From Trichoplax adhaerens (taxonomy: Eukaryota > Animalia > Placozoa): a DNA stretch of 64,000 nt. Made by a program: the position numbers and the translations under genes. The notes under the pieces were generated by a model. It did not search any database, was not told where the DNA came from, and worked only from the letters and a program-made list of their open reading frames with translations. Position 1 is the stretch's first letter. Every line of letters begins with the position of its first letter. Below, one piece after another: positions 52,316-64,000 of the stretch. The stretch covers positions 518,482 through 582,481 of the forward strand of contig NW_002060952.1 of NCBI RefSeq assembly GCF_000150275.1. The letters run 5' to 3'.

Positions 52316-55300
52316 ATGTTAAGTGATAACGACGCGATCGATATGGTTGCTCAAAGTAATGTCAACGCTGGCCAACTCGCTCTTCATCGTTTAGCAATCA
52401 AAGGAAAGAAAGGTAAATTTTTAAAAAATCATTGATAGCAAATTTTTACTTTATGTTAGAAGGTTGTGTCTTAAAATATTAGATCGAACCTACTTACGCC
52501 AGTAAAAGTGATCTCTACTCACAATTAATGTAGTATAGTATCGATTTTCTATTTTGGATTGGCATCAACAATATATTTACATTTTTATCAACACTTTAAG
52601 AATCAAAAAAGTTTAATACCTTGTTGTCATGGTTAATTAACAATTGGGATGATATCAAAGTTTTACAATTTCTTTTAATAATGCTAACATCGCATACAAA
52701 ATGGCCTGCTTTAAATTAGGAGGTAGTATACGGAATTTTCGAATTTCTTCTTTAATGCTATTTCTAATCTTAATTGGGGATGATTATTCTTCGTATATTT
52801 TTGCATCATTAGGATCATAAGCTGCATGATCCACTCGAGTGGTATTACTGTTATAAAAGCTTTGATTAAAACTCATCTGAATACAAAACTAATTATACTT
52901 TACCCCTTTTAAGGGGTAACCCATTTAAGCGAGTCAATTTTATTATCAGTCTATAGTTATAATCATGATTCAATTATTGTCAACTTCATCAATGAATGTT
53001 TCCTGGAGAAATAGCAATTATCCTTGATAAGTTGCAATTTATCAACTAAGTTGAATCCCACTCTATGTATTTTTGGACTTTTTCCATTTTATGATAGTAA
53101 ATCAATTAGTAATGCTTTGCGGTATCATCATTTACTTCATTGTAACCTATATCTTATAGTAGGAAATGATTGATATTGAGGGACAGTCAAGATAAATGGT
53201 TCATTTAGGTTTTATCCAATCGAGATTAACTACTACTGCATTAGATACCACTAGTAAAATATTTTATTCATCAGAATTCATTCTCCCTCGTATCATCGAG
53301 TTCCACCTATGAACTTATAACTTACATGAAGATGTTTACTTCAAATTGGTATTGAGTTACTTACGCAGAAATATAGCAAATTTAACACTATGAGAAACAA
53401 AATGTTTACATCAATATTCTATGGAATCAATCATCTAGATCGTACATATTTAATCCATCATTATGATCACTTTACAATAAATTAGCATGTATGCAAAGGA
53501 TGGGAGAACAGAAATAATATGGGTATTAATTATAAATAACCGTCTACCATCATAGCCAGATGAATGGATTAATGTGAATAAAATAAATATTGAAATGGTT
53601 ACATTTTGCTTGCACTTATGGCAAGGGCTACTCGGTCAAATCTCCATTTCGTATGCTAGACTGTTCGGAATAATGTGTCTTCGTATCAGCTATTAGAAAT
53701 ATCGGTGTTCCATAAACGAAATCATTCTGAAAATGCAAAATGCACAAATTTAATACAATGTATGGAAAATTCTGTTTATTGCCAAAGCTAGATCATTCTG
53801 AAATAGCCTTGGCAGACAGTTAACTAATTCTATCCTCAATTACAAAAATTGTGTTATACATTAGCAGGCTGTAAGCTAGCAATAATTAAACTTAAGATAA
53901 ACTATCAAAAATTAGATCACTCTGAAATAGCATGGACCCCCATTGACTCCTAAGATTTAACCTAAAGATAACTAGTGAAATAGCTGTTGTTTAAAAATGA
54001 AATCACTATGCAATAGCATGGTAGATACTTAGCTAAGAGTATTTGAATTGAAGAAAATTCATAAAATTCGTCTATCTCGTAAAAATGAAATCAATCTGAA
54101 ATGGTATACTTACCTATTCGATTATCATTATCGATTAGTAATACTTAAAATTTAAGATAGCGTATGAAATTCGCCTATCCTGTAAAAAAGTAAATCCTTC
54201 TAGAGATGTCTGTAACTACGTATGTATTAGCGGCATCGTACTATCATATTAAGAATTTCCATATGACAGAATTAATTTAAAAAGTAATAATGTAGATATA
54301 CAATGTTAGTCTTATACCACTTAGATATTTTTATTAGGTCGTTTATTGCATTGCTAGTAAGACAAAAAGAGATTCTACAATTGATATGAACTCATAATAT
54401 ATAGCTACAAGCAAATTTTAGGTTAAAAAATACCTGCACAGTACAATCATTTTCTATAATATCTTCTAGGCATTCAAAATTAGTGGAAATGAACCTTTAG
54501 ACAATGATTGCCAGATTATTAAACAGTAATAGAAGGAATATTCTTTTCTTTGTATAGCTGCGCTTACTAAAGGCACTGCTAATGTCACCAAACGAAAGCT
54601 AACAAAGTCATTATCCTACCAAGAGAATACAAGTGCCCATATCAGCCAATTGAGCAATGGTGATGGCGAAAGTGATCACATGGATGAGATAGCTAATCTT
54701 ACATCCTATTTAAATGAATGTAATGAGGCTTTCGATGGTAGCATAGGGGTAAAAGACGATGACAGCTCACAGTCGATTCAGGATGGACAAGAATTAGAAC
54801 GTTCCATTGAAGACGCAGTAACGGAATACATTAGTAATACTGAACGTTCAATTCAAGATTACCTGGATAAAATTGAACATGAACCGCATAACGTGACTAA
54901 AAATCGATCCAAGCCAATGTCTCAATACCTTTTTAGCATTAATGGAAAAGGAGTTAATACCAGTAATAGCAATGGGGATGATAACGTCATACAAGCGCAG
55001 TCGAGTGATCATTTTCGGAAGATGTTATTAAATAATAATAATGATATCGACGCTTGCCAGCTAGCCAATATGGGACAGCAACGACTGTTTCATTGGAAAA
55101 CTAAAGTAGTCAGCAATCGTTATGGTGGTCAGCGCTCTGGCCATCGCTATCAAGGATTTAGCCATAGTCGTATTATCATCCCTTCCACAGAATCACCGTC
55201 CAACTGTCAATTAAACTACCATCAAAAGCAATTACTACCTAGAGGCAAAAATTACAACGATCACAAGGTTAATGAAGGATTCTCGGCGCATAAAATTCGA

Positions 55301-55771
55301 AGGCATCATGATAAAAATAAAGCTACTAACAAAGCTTTATTTTACGTTATTGGCAAGGAAAATGACGATCACTACCGAATGAATATTGTTCGTAGCCAAG
55401 AAAATGTAGTAATTCCGATCAAAGGTAACGCTATCAAATGGCTAAAAAAAATGCGACCCTCTCAGTCTAGCAGTGAAATTGCACTATCATCCTCTTTGTC
55501 TAGCTTACCGAAAATATCCCAGAGTAATCTTGCAAGTCAAAATCATTATTCTAAAGGCAATTATAGCAGTAAATCAATGGCAAGATCAATCAGTTCATCA
55601 CCTAGGATAGTCAATAAATCGACTTTATGTATTTATCCTATTGATCTTAATTACAAGCCAGCCAATAAAGTTAATTTAACATTAGATTTTTCTAAGCTAA
55701 ATATCAGTAACGATACTATAAATAATGATATGAAGCATCAGTCTGAAAATCAACCGAATTCAATGCGTTAG
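52316..55771 (+). CDS. Orphan/uncharacterised N/S-rich protein, ~436 aa, 2-exon model
   Basis: The long ORF extends upstream to acceptor tgtatag|54558. Candidate exon 52316-52412 (MLSDNDAIDMVAQSNVNAGQLALHRLAIKGKK, donor AAG|gtaaat) joins in frame. I recognise no domain. Confidence 0.65.
53695..54210. repeat. Highly degenerate ~70-125-bp periodic repeat in the orphan-gene intron
   Basis: A core like [A/G]ATCA.TCTGAAATAGC occurs at ~53720, 53791, 53915, 54001, 54088 and 54192, often preceded by AAATTC..TAT. Confidence 0.55.
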
Positions 55772-56866
55772 GATCCAAATTAAATGATGGAAATACTGCA
55801 TTGATCAATTCACCAATAAAAATAGATCTCATTTGCTAAGTTGTAGATCTACTATACGGAATAAGACGATATTATTCTCAAAAATAACTGCTCACATATC
55901 TTATAATAAGGTCGATATGTTTTTACGGTAATTGAACAAGAATATTGAGAAAGTTGATCCTACAGCAGCGATATACTTGTAACTTATCATCTCGGCGATT
56001 ATCCGATTTCATTTTTTTGACCGTATCTGTTTATAACAATAACTGGTATTTCATAACAAGAAATTTATCCTATGTTGAATGATTCATGTAGATTCCCCAA
56101 AGTTCTCTACAATTGTAAATCATTGCAATCACCAATAAGCAATTTTCTCAGCATTCTATATCAAAACGATGTTGCTGTAGGTTATCTTGATTTCCCAATT
56201 CTTATTCAATACTACATGAATTTATCAAAATGATGTCTGTTAGACAGCCATTTCGGTATTATTAAGAATCGATTTGATAATTTACTTGACAGATGTATGA
56301 CTATTCTGTCATTATTGATCAAACTTAATCGATTCTGCTGTATTAAAAATGCTATCAAGATGAAGTTATTAACTCTTGTATTGAACTCACTCTCTTTCTT
56401 GTTTTAACTTCTATACGCTGTACAACTTGTTACTGTCGACATTTTTAAAGCATTCTCTTCAATAAACAATTTTATATGCAAAAGCTTGAGTATTTATTTA
56501 TTTTTAAATATTGTAAGCTTCATATAGTAGCCATATAATGGAGATTTATTCGGAGAATTTTTTATTGGATAGGAAAAATATCTTTAGCTAAATGCATGTT
56601 AATAAGATGCTGGCTATTTCTAAGCCGCAATCAATACTCGTCTAGCTTGCAATAACCTATGCCATGTAAAACTTTTATTGCCCCCATTTTTAACAGCAAA
56701 ATCTAGCCATGGATCCACTTGGACGATTGTCATCACAAGTAGTCATAACATGCTAGAACATAACCGCCATATCAATTGCAGTGTTTAACTAAAGCAAAAT
56801 TTGAACTATTTCCATGCATCCCTTTCACATTATATAGAAAAGCTCTACACTGTGATAGGATTATTT

Positions 56867-57077
56867 CCTTTTCCACCGATCCATTTGTGGCAAGGAATGC
56901 GCTTGCCTTAATTGGCAAAATACGTATGTAATATCATTTAGCAAAATTGCTAAAATTCAAGAATTGGATATACCTTTTCCACCAATCCATTTGTGGTAAG
57001 AAATGCGTTTGCCTTAATTGGCAAAATACGTCTGCAATATCATTTAGCAAAATTGCTAAAATTCAAGAATTGGATAT
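56867..57077. repeat. ~106-bp tandem duplication upstream of RIOK2
   Basis: CCTTTTCCACC.ATCCATTTGTGG.AAG.AATGCG.TTGCCTTAATTGGCAAAATACG...TTTAGCAAAATTGCTAAAATTCAAGAATTGGATAT occurs at 56867 and 56973. Confidence 0.92.
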
Positions 57078-57616
57078 CAGTTTGTAATGTCTGTGTTTGC
57101 CCGCTCTTAAAAGTAACAAACATGTAATAATGAAGACTGCATGTGTATGTCCAAATAATTATCCATGAAATAGCCCTTTGGCTTACCTTTGCGTTTTCCT
57201 TTCGACTTTTACTTTTAGTCCTATTTTAGGACATTACTACTAGGACTAGTAGTCCCGTCTCCTTGCCGACGGATCGGACCTCATTCAGTACGGTACGGTC
57301 CAGGAGTACGGTAACGGTATAGATAGATAGATGGACACACCGCTGTTCCATTGCTGTGCTATGGGTGTCGACAAGTGGAGACTGGATACAGTGGACAGTA
57401 TAAGCACAAACTACTGTTCTGTATAGTGTATAGTGCCTATACTAAGTTGGCGATCCAAATGTGTGTCCGGCATCAGGCATGAGTTCTTGAGCAGTCCGGG
57501 TTGCAACCTTGGAGAAGATTCTTGACATTTGGATACTTATACAAGAGAATTTGCAAAGTTTCAAGCTACTGTCGCCGTTAATACCGATCGAAAAGATTCT
57601 CTAATTTGTACTGAGT

Positions 57617-61741
<4,125 letters not shown>

Positions 61742-64000
61742 CTCAATTTGTGCTGTATGATATCGTTATATTTTTGTGTACTGTATATTTCGTTATCATA
61801 GCCTTACTTGTACTGTAACTAAGTTGAAGATATCATATCACTACGCATTTTATAAACCTAAAACGTTATACAAAAGTATGATTACGAAATTATTTTCTGT
61901 ATCAATAATAACTTTAAATTTTAGAAGATATTATGAATAATTGCGACTGTAACGGATGCAATTACATTATATTTAACTCTTAAATCAAAATGATCATTGA
62001 AATAAAGTAAATTGAGGTTATATTGTCAGACTTTAGTTTGCGCTGAATTTTTGTAATGAACAATTCAAGGACTTTTATACTTATGGTAAATTAAATTATT
62101 CTAAGTGCTTTTAGACTCTTAGACTCTTAGAATGAGGATTTTCTATCGATCTTTACTCTATAATTTTGATTAAATATTACCATCGGACGGAAAGTATTGC
62201 ATGAGTATTTGACATATTACAAACGTTTTCATGTTTTGGAATGTTGAATAAGGTAAATGATGCACAATCTCTAGTTAAGAAATTTACATTTCTTAGCAGC
62301 TTTCGTCGAAACTGTTTAATACTATACACTTGCATATAACACCCGCAAAAAGGATGGTAAAGAACTGAAATAGTTGGATATATCATGCAAATATAGTAAA
62401 ATTCGCAATATAACAATATAAAACGTCTATAAGTTAAAGCCATAGCTTAATGGCAATATCGAATCGTTACTTTTACAGCAACATGGCACCTTAAAACTGA
62501 TAAATAAAACATCTGACAGTTTAAAACCGGTCGTAGGCCTAATTAGTCTACGAGCTACACGACAACATAAGTCAGATTTACAGATGGTTATCAATATATA
62601 CAGTATCGGATAAAATTATCTTACTTTACTGTACGTATTATTCATGCAACAAAGATCTGTTAGGCTAACAGATATCTATAAGCTCATACCGTATAATTCA
62701 TCGAGATTACAGATAGCCTACGATCACCGTATCTTAACACCCATGTCATGCATTATTAGAACATGTAATTTCATGACTGTAGAACTAATTAACGCTAGAA
62801 CGAGAAAATTTAAAATAATCATACAGTTATTATTCTAGCTAATCTCATAGCTGAAATACTAGTGTTCGCAAACCGTTTATAGCAATGTCTAACTACATAG
62901 CAAACTTTATTTACTAGAACTGATCACAACACGCCTTTTTTATTATTATCATTTGTCTTTGATGGCTTCAACATGTGTATGCACAATAGTACAATATTGG
63001 ATACATTTGTCATTTATTAAACCAGAGATGCAGTATTGAATATGAATTTCATGACAATAACACGATTTAATACCGATATAATGTTATTGACCCCGTCGCT
63101 TTATTATAATATGATGATATCGATTTGTTGCTTAGCAACAATAGATGCTAATCGTTTCGAAGTCATGTTTTATCCTTGGAGAAAGCGAGTGGGAAATAGT
63201 ATCTAGGAGAGAAAGGAGTTACAAAAAATTGTTTTCAAATATACGATGAAAAAGAAACACTTTAGTATGTAAACTATCATGTGTACAACTGCAGCCACTA
63301 ACGAAGAGTGTTGTCTGTATCATAGTTGATAGATGAAGGTAGGTATTATTGACATAAATTAATAAAATTATGTATCTGTAAAATAAAAGATATTTAAGAA
63401 GTTAAGAAGGTTGAAGACTAGATAATTTCCTTAGGTAGTAAGAGTGGCTAACGCTCCAATGATTAGCTACCGTCACTAAAATAGTTTATGCGTATACTCT
63501 ATATATAGGTCAAATTTCTTTCTACATAATTCACTAGCATTATAATTTTAAGCACTAATTACTCTCAATTAATTTTACAGCTTTTCTGTTCTATAATTTA
63601 ATTTTATCGTCGTATATCTAAAAAGATTTAGTTGATGGTATCGCTATCCAAAAATAGATGGCTCTATTTACATATTTCCCCCTAATGTATCTTCCTTAAA
63701 GAAATTGATCTGGCAGATTTCTTCAGGCACAATCAACAGAAACTTTGATAGTAGCTGTTAATTACGGTAGTTTTAAAACGATATACTGTTTAATTTATAT
63801 GGCAATATAGTGGCCAAAAAACAATGGGATTGTTCATGGATTTAATTACATTGCCGATAGAGGAAAAAGTAGATGATAATTAATGATAGCAACTGACGAT
63901 AATTAACCAGACTATCGCCTGAAAATCTATAAATATCCTATGCTTATAGCCTAAGATTATAAAGATACTTTCAAATTTTTTGTTGCCTTATCTTCCCAAT

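Noticed and set aside
62900-64000. Possible minus-strand exons of a further gene (e.g. LLSKFLLIVPEEICQINFFKEDTLGGN, ~63672-63754)
   Set aside because: I could not assemble a frame-consistent model or recognise a family. It may belong to a gene continuing beyond the window.

Overview
This is AT-rich, gene-dense animal DNA with short GT-AG introns. The compact architecture and the abundant ACAGT/ACTGT pentamer blocks point to a placozoan (Trichoplax-like) genome, which is an inference. I spliced 11 protein-coding genes by hand, in this order: the 3' part of CDIPT (+), an intron-rich domesticated hAT/BED transposase gene (-), a class I PITP with an obligatory 8-nt microexon (-), GTF2F1/RAP74 (+), a C9orf72 homolog (-), an ankyrin-repeat + degenerate GH20 hexosaminidase fusion (-), GLRX5 (+), kanadaptin/SLC4A1AP (-), RPA1 (+), an orphan N/S-rich gene (+) and RIOK2 (+). 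ACAGT/ACTGT blocks and mutually unrelated minisatellites cluster at gene 5' ends, including three divergent promoters. The best leads are (1) a probably catalytically dead, domesticated hAT BED-finger protein together with a DRE-like palindrome TGTCGACA near several 5' ends, a candidate DREF/DRE-like regulatory system, and (2) the ankyrin/pseudo-GH20 fusion. Exon coordinates were read by eye and may be off by a few bases. Most short ORFs in the track are artefacts. I saw no tRNA, rRNA or CRISPR.
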